The notes beneath the pieces were generated by a model. It had not been told where the DNA came from. It saw nothing but the letters and a program-made list of their open reading frames with translations, and made no database searches. From Acidimicrobiia bacterium (lineage in GTDB: Bacteria > Actinomycetota > Acidimicrobiia > IMCC26256 > DASPTH01): a DNA stretch of 62,586 nucleotides. Positions 16,496-25,452 of this stretch are shown here, piece after piece. The DNA is taken from the NCBI GenBank assembly GCA_036502765.1, contig DASXXX010000047.1, forward strand, positions 1-62,586, given 5' to 3'. A program made the position numbers and the translations under genes. The first letter of the stretch is position 1, and each line of letters opens with the position of its first letter.

Positions 16496-17269
16496 GTCAA
16501 GCGGCAAGCGGGCGCGCTGGGCGCGGTGGTGACGGGCGTCGACATCGCCGACATCGACGACGCCACGTTCGCCGCGGTGCACGAAGCGCTGCTCGAGCAC
16601 CTGGTGCTCTGCATCAAGGGCCAGGCCCACGCCACCCCCGACGACCAGGTTGCGTTCACCGCCCGCTGGGGACGCATCGAGCCGCACCCGTACGTACCGC
16701 CGATCGACGGTCATCCCGAGATCATCGAGATCTACGACCCCAACCCGATCACGGTCACGTGGCACTCCGACTTCACCTACGCCAAGCAACCGCCGTCGGT
16801 CAGCCTCCTGCTCGGGCGGATCATCCCGCCCGTGGGTGGCGACACGATGTTCTCCAACGGCTACCTCGCGTACGAGAGTCTGTCCGACGGCCTGCGCAGC
16901 ACGGTCGATTCGCTGCGCGCGGTGCACTACGCGACGCAGCTCGCGATCGACAGCGGCATGCCCGACGACGAGATCGTCAACTCGCACCCGGCGGCGTGCA
17001 CGCACCCCGAGACCGGTCGACGCGCACTGTTCGTCAACGACAACTACACGAAGCACTTCGACCGGTGGTCGGTGGACGACAGCCAACCCCTGCTCGACCT
17101 GCTGTACGCGCAGTTCGACAAGCCCGAGCACACGTTCCGTCACCGGTGGGAGGAGGGCGACCTCCTCATCTGGGACAACCGCTGTGCGCAGCACTCCGTG
17201 GTCGGCGACACCGACGGTGCGCGCCGCTCCCTCCATCGGACGACAGTTGCAGGAGGACAGCCCGTATGA
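16490..17269 (+). CDS. TauD/TfdA-family Fe(II)/2-oxoglutarate dioxygenase
   Basis: 259 aa. GAVVTGVDI..., WHSDFTY (H-x-D), LLIWDNRCAQH...R pattern. Confidence 0.85.
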   Translation: MDVKRQAGALGAVVTGVDIADIDDATFAAVHEALLEHLVLCIKGQAHATPDDQVAFTARWGRIEPHPYVPPIDGHPEIIEIYDPNPITVTWHSDFTYAKQPPSVSLLLGRIIPPVGGDTMFSNGYLAYESLSDGLRSTVDSLRAVHYATQLAIDSGMPDDEIVNSHPAACTHPETGRRALFVNDNYTKHFDRWSVDDSQPLLDLLYAQFDKPEHTFRHRWEEGDLLIWDNRCAQHSVVGDTDGARRSLHRTTVAGGQPV

Positions 17270-17288
17270 ACGAGCCCGTATGAACGAG
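17261..17288. repeat. 14-bp perfect tandem duplication containing the TauD stop codon
   Basis: CCCGTATGAACGAG x2. Each copy carries ATGA. Confidence 0.95.
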
Positions 17289-17296
17289 GAGGCGAC

Positions 17297-18511
17297 ATGA
17301 CCGACATCCCCTGGATCGTGAGTCTCGACGACCACGTGGTCGAACCTGCAGATGTCTGGACCTCGCGGCTGCCCGCGAAGTACCGCGATGTCGGCCCGCA
17401 CATCGTCATGGCGCCCGCGGGCACACCCGTCCTCGACGGTGGCACCTACCGCGAGGCGCCCGGCACCGATGGGCCCGACGTGGCCTGGTGGTTCTACGAG
17501 GACCAGCAGTACTCGGTGAAGCGCCTCATCGCAGCGGCCGGCTACCCGCCCGAAGAGATCACGTTCGACGGCATCACGTTCGACCAGATGCGCCCGGGCT
17601 GCTGGCAACCCCAGGCCCGCCTCGACGACATGACGATGAACCACGTCGAGGCGTCGCTGTCGTTCCCGAACTACCCGCGCTTCTGCGGCCAGATCTTCCT
17701 GCGCGCCAAGGACAAGGACCTCGCAAAGCTCTGCGTCGAGGCGTACAACGACTGGCAGGTCGACGAGTGGTGCGCGGGGAGCAACGGCCGGCTCATCCCG
17801 CTGTGTCTCGTGCCGCTGTGGGACGCGGAGCTCGCCGCCGCCGAGGTGCGGCGCAACGCCGCCCGCGGGGTGCGCGCGGTCGCGTTCTCCGAGCTCCCGT
17901 CGTGGCTCGGCCTGGCCAGCATCCACTCCGGGTATTGGGAGCCGTTCTTCACCGCGTGTGCCGAGACCGGCACGGTCGTCGCCATGCACATCGGGTCGGG
18001 TACCAAGACCGTGGTGACGTCCGACGACGCGCCCGACGCGGTGCAGGCCACCAACATCTTCGCCAACAGCGCGGTGTCGCTCGTCGACTACCTCTACTCC
18101 GGCATCCTCGTACGCCACCCCGACCTGAAGCTGCTCTACGCCGAAGCGCAGATCGGCTGGATCCCGTTCGTGCTCGAACGCATCGACGACGTGTGGGAAA
18201 CCCACCGGGGCTGGAGCCACAGCCAAGACGCCGTGAGCGAACCGCCGTCGTCGTACTACTACCGCCAGGTCACCAGCTGCTTCTTCAAGGACAGCGTCGG
18301 CCTCGACCTCCTCGACCGCGTCGGACGCCACAACATCGCCTTCGAGACCGACTACCCGCACCAGGACGGCACCTGGCCCAACACCCACCAGGTCGCCAAG
18401 GAGCTCTTCGGCCACCTCGACGACCAGACCGTCTACGACATCGTGCGCGGCAACGCCATCCGTCTCCTCGACCTCCAAGGTCTCGGCGACGGCACGGGTC
18501 CTCGTTCGTAG
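17297..18511 (+). CDS. amidohydrolase-2 (ACMSD-like) family metal-dependent hydrolase/decarboxylase
   Basis: 404 aa. IVSLDDHVVEP at the N-terminus, AMHIGSG, ...NIAFETDYPHQDGTWP near the C-terminus. Confidence 0.8.
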   Translation: MTDIPWIVSLDDHVVEPADVWTSRLPAKYRDVGPHIVMAPAGTPVLDGGTYREAPGTDGPDVAWWFYEDQQYSVKRLIAAAGYPPEEITFDGITFDQMRPGCWQPQARLDDMTMNHVEASLSFPNYPRFCGQIFLRAKDKDLAKLCVEAYNDWQVDEWCAGSNGRLIPLCLVPLWDAELAAAEVRRNAARGVRAVAFSELPSWLGLASIHSGYWEPFFTACAETGTVVAMHIGSGTKTVVTSDDAPDAVQATNIFANSAVSLVDYLYSGILVRHPDLKLLYAEAQIGWIPFVLERIDDVWETHRGWSHSQDAVSEPPSSYYYRQVTSCFFKDSVGLDLLDRVGRHNIAFETDYPHQDGTWPNTHQVAKELFGHLDDQTVYDIVRGNAIRLLDLQGLGDGTGPRS

Positions 18512-18521
18512 TGCTGCCTTC

Positions 18522-19586
18522 ATGATGAGAGTGGCCGCGGCAGTCCTGCGCCGCCAACTCGAACGGCTGCTCGGCGCGCTCGGGGTCCCCGACGCGCAAG
18601 CGGTGGTGATCGCCGACAACCTCGTCGAAGCCGACCTGCGCGGCGTCGACTCGCACGGTTCGCATCTCCTGGCGCTCTACACCGGGCGGGTGCGGAGCGG
18701 GCACCTGCGTCCCGACACCGTGGTGACCACCGTTGCCGATCGGGGGTCCACCGTGCTGCTCGACGGCGGCATCGGCTTCGGCCAGATCGCCGGCGTCGCC
18801 GCGGTCGACCTCGCGGTCGAGCGCGCGCGCAAGCACGGCATGGCCACGGTGGCGGTGCGCGAGATCACGCACGTCGGCGCGCTCGGCTACTACACGATGC
18901 GCGTCGCCGCGGCCGGGTGCTTCGCGATGGCGTTCCAGAACGGCGGCACCATCGTCCCACCCTTCGGCGGCACCACTGGGTTGTTCTCCACCAACCCGTT
19001 CTCGTACGCAGTGCCCGCGGGCCGTCATCCCGACCTCGTCTATGACGTCGCCACCACCGCCGCCGCCGGCAACAAGATCCTGCTCGCCCGCAAGCGCGGC
19101 GACGCGTCGATCCCCGAAGGGTGGGCGAACGACGAGCACGGCTACCCCACCACCGATCCGCAGGCGGCGTCGATCTCGCAGCTGCAGTGGTTCGGGGGTC
19201 ACAAGGGCTTCGGCATCGGGTTGCTGGTCGAGATCATGGCGGGCGTGCTCGCCGACAGCAGCTTCGGCACCACCGAGCACAGCGACTCGGAGTTGACCGG
19301 CTGGGACCGTCTCGCCAAAGGTGCCACCTTCGTGGTCCTCGACGTGTCCCGCTTCCTGCCCCTCGACGCGTTCCGCGCCCACGTCGACGCGTTGGTCGAC
19401 GACGTCCACGCGTCCGAGCTCGCACCCGGCGCCGAACGCATCCTCGTGCCCGGCGAGCTCGAAGCCGAACGCCGCACCGAGCGACTCGCCGACGGGATCC
19501 CACTCGACGACGCACTGGTGGCCGAGCTCGACGCCATCGCCACCTCTCTCGATGTTCCACCGCTCACGCAGGAGATCACCGGATGA
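18522..19586 (+). CDS. Ldh2-family (malate/L-lactate/sulfolactate-type) NAD(P)H-dependent dehydrogenase
   Basis: 354 aa. DLRGVDSHGSHLL, TNPFSYAVPA, ATTAAAGNKI and GHKGFGIGLLVEIMAG motifs. Confidence 0.8.
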   Translation: MMRVAAAVLRRQLERLLGALGVPDAQAVVIADNLVEADLRGVDSHGSHLLALYTGRVRSGHLRPDTVVTTVADRGSTVLLDGGIGFGQIAGVAAVDLAVERARKHGMATVAVREITHVGALGYYTMRVAAAGCFAMAFQNGGTIVPPFGGTTGLFSTNPFSYAVPAGRHPDLVYDVATTAAAGNKILLARKRGDASIPEGWANDEHGYPTTDPQAASISQLQWFGGHKGFGIGLLVEIMAGVLADSSFGTTEHSDSELTGWDRLAKGATFVVLDVSRFLPLDAFRAHVDALVDDVHASELAPGAERILVPGELEAERRTERLADGIPLDDALVAELDAIATSLDVPPLTQEITG

Positions 19587-20398
19587 CCGACCGCTACGGA
19601 CTCACGACCATCAGCACCGAGCTCCACGACGACGGCGTGTTGGTCGCGACGCTGAACCGGCCCGAGCACCGCAACTCGCTGAACCCACAGATGCACCTCG
19701 AGCTGAAGCAGCTCTACGAGCGCATCGTCGCCGACGACGGGCTCAACGCGGTCGTGCTCACCGGAGCCGGCAAGTACTTCTGCGTCGGCGCCGACTTCAA
19801 CGACATGCAGGCGAACGAGAAGTACCCCGACGGCCACCCGGGTCTGCTCATCGAGTCGGTGGCGATGGCGCGCAACATCCTCGCGGTGCGTGTCCCGCTG
19901 ATCGCCGCGATCAATGGCGACGCCATCGGCATCGGCGCCACCATCTCGCTGTTCTGCGACATCGTCTACATGGCCGACGACGCCCGCATCGCCGACCCCC
20001 ACGTGCGCGGCGCGATCGTGTCGGGCGACGGCGGCGCGGTGCTCTGGCCGCTGCTCATGGGTCCCAACCGGGCCAAGGAGTACCTGATGACCGGCGACCT
20101 GGTGAGCGCGCCCGACGCCGACCGGCTCGGTCTCGTCAACCACGTGGTCCCGCGCGACCAGGTGCTCGACGAAGCCATGGCCATGGCCCGTCGCCTCGCC
20201 GCCGGCCCCGCGGTGGCGATCCGCTTCAACAAGCGGCTGGTGAACAAGGAGCTCGAGATGCGCGTCGTCCAGCTCTACGACCTGTCGGTCGCGTTCGAGG
20301 CGATCACGTTCGAGACCGCCGACCACCGCGAAGCCGTCGACTCGTTCCTGGAGAAGCGCCCGGCCACGTTCCGCTCCGGCAAGCCTGGCGGATCCTGA
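19583..20398 (+). CDS. enoyl-CoA hydratase/isomerase (crotonase) family protein
   Basis: ATG 19583 overlaps the Ldh2 stop (ATGA). VATLNRPEHRNSL, VLTGAGKYFCVGADF, AAINGDAIGIGATISL. Confidence 0.85.
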   Translation: MTDRYGLTTISTELHDDGVLVATLNRPEHRNSLNPQMHLELKQLYERIVADDGLNAVVLTGAGKYFCVGADFNDMQANEKYPDGHPGLLIESVAMARNILAVRVPLIAAINGDAIGIGATISLFCDIVYMADDARIADPHVRGAIVSGDGGAVLWPLLMGPNRAKEYLMTGDLVSAPDADRLGLVNHVVPRDQVLDEAMAMARRLAAGPAVAIRFNKRLVNKELEMRVVQLYDLSVAFEAITFETADHREAVDSFLEKRPATFRSGKPGGS

Positions 20399-20433
20399 GT
20401 GGGCGGTTCGTAGACCGGGCGCGCTCCGGGTGG

Positions 20434-21762
20434 CTACTGACTGATCAGGTTCGCCTTGATCTGCACTGCGTTCGACTTGCTGCAGTCGAAGGTGCCCTTC
20501 TTCGTGGGGGCGAGCCGCACGAACTTGCCCTTCTGCAGCTGCGTGATCATCGAACAGGCAGTCGGGACCTTGTTCTTGATGTCGACGCTGCCGATCATGC
20601 CGCCTGCATTGAAGCTGGTGAGTCCGTCGATCCCAGTGCTGAGCATGTTCTCCCGGGTGAGCCCGTTCACCCCGTCCTTCTTGACGATCGCCTCGACCGC
20701 CTGCTTGAAGCCGAGGGTCGCGGTCCAGCCGTAGACCGCGAAACCGTTGGCGTTGTCCTTCCCGACGTACTTCAGGAACGCGGCCAACGTCGTGTTGGTG
20801 CTCGCTTCTTCGAACGGCAGGAACGTCAGAGGCACGTACTGGCCTTCCATCACGTCGGCCTGTGCCTTGACCGCCTTGTCGTAGCAGGCGATCGTGCACA
20901 CGAACGTGATCTTCGAGCTGTCGAGCCCCTGCAGCTGGGCCTCGCTGCGGAGCAGGATGTTGCTCTGCGCCGACGACGCGTCGTAGGCGTAGTTCGATCC
21001 GTCCGTCTTCATCTTGTTGACGACGGGCGTGTAGGCGCTCTGCGGGTCACGCCCGGAGATGCCGAGGGTCTGCGTCGCCTTGATGCCGGCCTTGATCTCG
21101 GTGTTGATCAGCACCTCGCCGCCGCGTTGGGCATCCTTCGTGTCGCTGCCGTAGATCATCGGGCCGCTCAACTCGTTCTTGTTCTTCTTGAGGAGGTACT
21201 TCGCCTCGAACTGGTTGCCGTTGTAGGTCTGCGGATCCTGATCCTTGGTGCTGCACACCAGCTGCGCCGGGCTCACCGGGAACGCGACCGGAGAGCATGC
21301 CTGCGGCACGCCGGTGGCGACGCTGGCCAGGTCGGGGATGCCGATCGCGTCACCCGCCTGGTTCGTGCAGTTGATCTCGTCGTCGACGTTGCTGAGGAAC
21401 AGCACGAACGTGCCGACCATCGCGTAGTCGTTCTGGCACGCGGTGATGATGTCGTTGGCGTTGAGGTGGGTGTCGATGAAGTCGACCACGAGCTTGCGGC
21501 CCGCGACCCCGCCGCCGCCCGCCTTGCTGTTGAGGTACTTCGCCGCGCCCTTCACACCGTCAGCCGCGCCCTTGAACAGCCCGGGCGCGAGCGAATTGTC
21601 GACGTCAGCCAGCACCGCGATGTGGATCTCTTTGGCGGTCACGCCGATCTCGGTGGCCTTGGGCGTGTCGCTCGACGACTGCGCCACCGCCGGAGCGACG
21701 CCCAGCATCGCCACGGCGGTCGCGCACACGCCGACCAGCAGGATCCGACTCTTGCGGAACAT
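20434..21762 (-). CDS. secreted type-I periplasmic-binding-fold solute-binding protein (LivJ-like), orphan
   Basis: Track ORF trimmed to ATG 21762 (MFRKSRILLVGVCATAVAMLGVAPAVAQ signal peptide; GGAGTGAGGGGGAAACAG lies upstream on the minus strand). 12 Cys. Lys/Asn/Thr-rich and visibly lower GC. Confidence 0.75.
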   Translation of the reverse strand: MFRKSRILLVGVCATAVAMLGVAPAVAQSSSDTPKATEIGVTAKEIHIAVLADVDNSLAPGLFKGAADGVKGAAKYLNSKAGGGGVAGRKLVVDFIDTHLNANDIITACQNDYAMVGTFVLFLSNVDDEINCTNQAGDAIGIPDLASVATGVPQACSPVAFPVSPAQLVCSTKDQDPQTYNGNQFEAKYLLKKNKNELSGPMIYGSDTKDAQRGGEVLINTEIKAGIKATQTLGISGRDPQSAYTPVVNKMKTDGSNYAYDASSAQSNILLRSEAQLQGLDSSKITFVCTIACYDKAVKAQADVMEGQYVPLTFLPFEEASTNTTLAAFLKYVGKDNANGFAVYGWTATLGFKQAVEAIVKKDGVNGLTRENMLSTGIDGLTSFNAGGMIGSVDIKNKVPTACSMITQLQKGKFVRLAPTKKGTFDCSKSNAVQIKANLISQ

Positions 21763-21877
21763 CTGTTTCCCCCTCACTCCTGACGACCTCCGCCAGGGCG
21801 GCATACTGTATACATTCCGCCCGCTCGGATGGCGCCGCGGCGTGCGGGCGCACCATGATCCAGTTCATGATCGGCGC

Positions 21878-22345
21878 ATGACCAGCATCCAGGATCGCCT
21901 CGACACCCTCGGGATCGTGCTCCCGGGTCCCTATCCGCCCCACGATCCGCTCGACGCGGTCGTGCTCCACGGGGGCCGGGCCCGCACCTCCGGCCAGCTC
22001 CCCCGTGACCACGACGGCAACCTCGTCCACCCTGGTGTCCTGGGCAACGAGGTGACTGTCGGCGAGGGGACCGAGGCCGCCCGGTGGTGTGCGCTCAACG
22101 CGCTCTCGGTGCTGCGCGCCGAGCTCGGCGAGCTCGACCGGGTCGAGCGCGTCCTCACCGTCCTCGCGTTCGTGGCGTCGGCCCCGGGCTTCGCGCAGCA
22201 GCCCGCGGTCGTCGACGGCGCCAGCCGGCTCCTGCACGAGGTGTTCGGCGACGCCGGGCGCCACTCGCGCTCAGCGGTCGGCGTCGCTGCGCTGCCCCGC
22301 GGGGGCGCGGTCGAGATCGAGGTCGAGGTCGCCCTCCGCGACTGA
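21878..22345 (+). CDS. RidA/YjgF-family protein
   Basis: Track ORF 21443..22345 trimmed to ATG 21878. ...RARTSGQLP..., ...HSRSAVGVAALPRGGAVEIEVEVAL typical C-terminus. Confidence 0.75.
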   Translation: MTSIQDRLDTLGIVLPGPYPPHDPLDAVVLHGGRARTSGQLPRDHDGNLVHPGVLGNEVTVGEGTEAARWCALNALSVLRAELGELDRVERVLTVLAFVASAPGFAQQPAVVDGASRLLHEVFGDAGRHSRSAVGVAALPRGGAVEIEVEVALRD

Positions 22346-22393
22346 CCTGTGCAAGATTGACCCCGTACACCGGTCGAACGAGGGGGATCCCAC

Positions 22394-23419
22394 ATGAAGG
22401 CAGCTCGGATCGAGGACGGCTCGCTCCAGATCCAGGACGTCGACGTCCCGGAACCGGGGTTCGAAGAGGCGCTCATCCACATCAGCGCCGCCGGCGTCTG
22501 TCACTCCGACCTGCACCTCTCGCGGGGTGACTGGTACGGGATCGGCAGCGGCGTGCTCGGGCACGAGGCGATCGGCATCGTCGAAGCGCTGGGTCCGGGC
22601 GCCGATGCGTACGTGTCCGTCGGCGACCGCGTGATCCTGGGTCTCGGCGGCGCCGGTGGCGGCTACTGGTGCGGTGCGTGCCGCGAGTGCCTGAGCGGCC
22701 GGCCGCGGCTGTGCGCGCAGAACAAGCCGATCATGGGCACGTTCGCCGAGTACTTCCCGGTGTACGCCAAGAGCCTCGTCACGTTGCCCGACTCGCTCGG
22801 CGACGAAGAGGCGCCGCTCGCGTGCGGTGGCCTCACCGCGTACGGCGCGGTGAAGAAGTTGCTCGACCACCACGTGCTGCCCAACCGCCCGGTTGCCATC
22901 CTCGGCGCCGCCGGCGGACTCGGTCACTACGCGGTGCAGATCGCCAAGGCGTTCGGGTACCAGGTCGTCGGCATCGACGTGGGCGCGGAACGACTCGACT
23001 TCGTGAAGTCGCTCGGCGCCGACTACGTGTACGAGGCCTCGGAGGCACTCGAGCGCGTGCAGGCCGAGTTGGGCGGCGTCGACGCCAGCCTCGTCTTCGC
23101 GGCACGCGTCGCCGGCTTCCGCCTCGGCTTCGACCTGCTCGGACCCCACGGGCTGTTCGTCGGTGTGGGCCTCCCGCCCACCGAGGACGGCAACCTCGAG
23201 ATCAACCCGTTCGAGCTGTTCATGAAGGACCCGACCATCATCTTCTCGGCGGTCGGCACGGTGCAGGACATGCGCGAGCTCGTCGCCCTGGCCGCCGCGG
23301 GCAAGGTGAAGAGCCACGTGTCGCGCACCGGCGCGATGTCGGAGCTGGGCACGATCTTCGACGAGCTCGAGGGGAGCAAGTACCTCGGGCGCGCGGTCCT
23401 CACGGATCTGAGCAGCTAG
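22394..23419 (+). CDS. zinc-dependent alcohol dehydrogenase
   Basis: GVCHSDLH, GHEAIG, structural-zinc CGACRECLSGRPRLC, NAD fold ILGAAGGLGHYAVQ. Confidence 0.85.
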   Translation: MKAARIEDGSLQIQDVDVPEPGFEEALIHISAAGVCHSDLHLSRGDWYGIGSGVLGHEAIGIVEALGPGADAYVSVGDRVILGLGGAGGGYWCGACRECLSGRPRLCAQNKPIMGTFAEYFPVYAKSLVTLPDSLGDEEAPLACGGLTAYGAVKKLLDHHVLPNRPVAILGAAGGLGHYAVQIAKAFGYQVVGIDVGAERLDFVKSLGADYVYEASEALERVQAELGGVDASLVFAARVAGFRLGFDLLGPHGLFVGVGLPPTEDGNLEINPFELFMKDPTIIFSAVGTVQDMRELVALAAAGKVKSHVSRTGAMSELGTIFDELEGSKYLGRAVLTDLSS

Positions 23420-23438
23420 TCAGCCTTCGCCGCTGCCC

Positions 23439-24380
23439 CTAGCCGAACCGCTGCAGCTCGGGGTGGTCGTCGAGCAGGAAGTCGTTGCTGAGGTCGTCGA
23501 CGAGTTCGCGCGGCGCACGCTCGTCGAGCGCGTCGAGGGTCCAGCCGCCAACGTGTTCCATCTGACGCTCGTACTGCGAGTCGGCGAAGCGCGCCACCCG
23601 ATCGCCGGTCACGTGGAACGTGCGCCCGTTCACGTCGCGCGCGGCGTCGCTGCAGAGCCACACCACCATCGGCGAGATCTTCGCGGGCGGGTGGGTGTCG
23701 GGGGTGGCCGCCGCGAACTGCGACGCCTGCCCGCCACGCGGGCGCATCGTCTCCGCCATGAGCACGGACCACTTCGCGGTGGCTTCGCTGTACTCCGCGG
23801 TCGAGCGCCCCAGCGCGAGCGGTCGGATTGCATTGCAGCGCACGCCGAAGCGCCCGAGCTCGCGGGCGACGGTGCGCGTCAGGCCCACGACGCCTTCCTT
23901 GGCGGCGGCGTACGCGACCGCCGACGGGTGTCCGAAGCCCGACCCCGAGCTCGTGTTGACGATCGCGCCGGCGCCCTGCCCGCAGAACTGCGGTGCGCAC
24001 TCGCGGATCAGGGCGAAGTAGCCCTTGAGGTTCACGTCGATCGCCAGGTCCCACTCGGCCTCGGTGAGCGTCCACAAGTCGGCGTTGCGGGCCGCGGTGG
24101 CGTTGTTCACCAGTACATCGACGTGGCCGAACGCGTCGAGGGCGTGCTCGACGATGGCGGAGGCACCGTCCCACGTCGCCGACGTGGTGTCGGCGACCGC
24201 GGTGCCGCCGTCGGCCTCGATCTCGGCCACGACGCTCGCGGCGTCGGCACCGGTGCGACGCCCGGTGTCGTTCACCAGGACCGACGCGCCCTCACGCGCG
24301 AACAAGCGGGCGTGTTCCCGCCCGATGCCGCCGCCGGCGCCGCTGACGATCACCGTCTTGCCGTCGAATCGTCCGGTCAT
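23439..24380 (-). CDS. SDR-family oxidoreductase (long C-terminal extension)
   Basis: TVIVSGAGGGIGRE, NNA, S...YAAAKEG. Confidence 0.8.
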   Translation of the reverse strand: MTGRFDGKTVIVSGAGGGIGREHARLFAREGASVLVNDTGRRTGADAASVVAEIEADGGTAVADTTSATWDGASAIVEHALDAFGHVDVLVNNATAARNADLWTLTEAEWDLAIDVNLKGYFALIRECAPQFCGQGAGAIVNTSSGSGFGHPSAVAYAAAKEGVVGLTRTVARELGRFGVRCNAIRPLALGRSTAEYSEATAKWSVLMAETMRPRGGQASQFAAATPDTHPPAKISPMVVWLCSDAARDVNGRTFHVTGDRVARFADSQYERQMEHVGGWTLDALDERAPRELVDDLSNDFLLDDHPELQRFG

Positions 24381-25378
24381 GTCGTCCCCCTGTCACGCGC
24401 CCGCCATCGTCCCGGTGAATCGCCGTGCGCTCGCTTGAACGCACGGCTGAACGCTTCCTCTGATTCGTAGCCGACGCGACGCGCGATCGGCACGACGCCG
24501 AGCTCGGTGGTGTCGAGCAGCTCCTCGGCGAGGTGCATGCGCCATTCGGTGAGGTACCGGATCGGCGACCGCCCGAGGACCTGGCGGAACCGGTCGTCGA
24601 GCACCGAACGCGACACCGCGACCTCGGCCGCGAGCTCGCCGACCGTCCAGCGGCGCGCGGGATCACCGTGCAGCAACGCGAGCGCGGGCGCGAGGACGGG
24701 GTCGTGCAGCGCCGCGAGCCAACCCTGATCGGCCGCGGGTGCCGACGCGAGGTGGTGCCGCAGCACCTGGATGAGCACCAGCTCGGGCAGTCGCGTCGAA
24801 GCGACGCTCGCGCTCGCATTCGACGGGACGTTCTCGCTCGCGGCGTAGGTGACGCTCGCCCGCACCCAGCCCTTCGCGGCACCGTCGGGCAGTCGCACCA
24901 CGAACGCCGATGGGAAGACCTGCAGTCCGGGCTCGAACAGCGGGTCGTCGGAGACGAGGTATCCGCACACGAGATCGACCGCAGCGCCGCCACCACCGTG
25001 GCGAATCACAGGGAGATCGCTCCAGGGCAGCGGCGCGACGAGTTCGATGATGGGAATGCACGACGCGGGCGACGCACCACCGATCACGTGGTACTCGCCG
25101 TAGGGAAGCACGATCACGTCACCCGACTCGGCCCAGTGCCGTTCGCCGTCTTCGCCCGCGACCCAACAGGTCCCGCGAGCGACGATGTGGAACTGGATCA
25201 CACGAGTCGCGCCCGGATGGAGCTGACCGGCGATGGCCGACAAGGTCGACTCGAACTCGAACGGCTCCGTGAGCTCGGTGCGGAAGAAGATCGCGCCGTC
25301 GAGACGGATCTGTTCGAGGGCGTCGCCGAGGAGCGGTGTCGCGGCTAGGTCTCGCGGTTGCGCGGTCATGGCCGCCAA
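24377..25378 (-). CDS. AraC-family transcriptional regulator with N-terminal cupin domain
   Basis: C-terminal HTH WTVGELAAEVAVSRSVLDDRFRQVLG...IARRVGYESEEAFSRAFKRAHG. Its stop overlaps the SDR start (ATGA). Confidence 0.8.
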   Translation of the reverse strand: MAAMTAQPRDLAATPLLGDALEQIRLDGAIFFRTELTEPFEFESTLSAIAGQLHPGATRVIQFHIVARGTCWVAGEDGERHWAESGDVIVLPYGEYHVIGGASPASCIPIIELVAPLPWSDLPVIRHGGGGAAVDLVCGYLVSDDPLFEPGLQVFPSAFVVRLPDGAAKGWVRASVTYAASENVPSNASASVASTRLPELVLIQVLRHHLASAPAADQGWLAALHDPVLAPALALLHGDPARRWTVGELAAEVAVSRSVLDDRFRQVLGRSPIRYLTEWRMHLAEELLDTTELGVVPIARRVGYESEEAFSRAFKRAHGDSPGRWRARDRGTT

Positions 25379-25452
25379 TCCCTGTCAGCCGGATACTCGT
25401 ACCTGACACTGACCCTAACGACAAAGGAAGCAGCCATGAGCGAGTTCCCCCG

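Noticed and set aside
14548-18619. Two ~710-aa minus-strand ORFs (14548..16677 and 16484..18619)
   Set aside because: Both are antisense to the ThDP-enzyme, TauD and amidohydrolase genes, which carry clear catalytic motifs. Low-complexity Arg/Gly/Val/Asp composition.
19321-21783. 820-aa plus-strand ORF
   Set aside because: It runs out of frame through the crotonase gene and antisense through the solute-binding protein gene. Arg/Pro-rich with no domain signature.
14834-21814. Shared GTATACA / TGTATACA motif upstream of the ThDP-enzyme operon (14834..14839) and in the SBP/RidA divergent region (21807..21814) as a common operator
   Set aside because: Only a 7-mer is shared and the flanks are not symmetric or similar. 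A rough estimate is that about one chance occurrence of such a 7-mer is expected in a window of this size, so the evidence is too weak without a genome-wide motif search.
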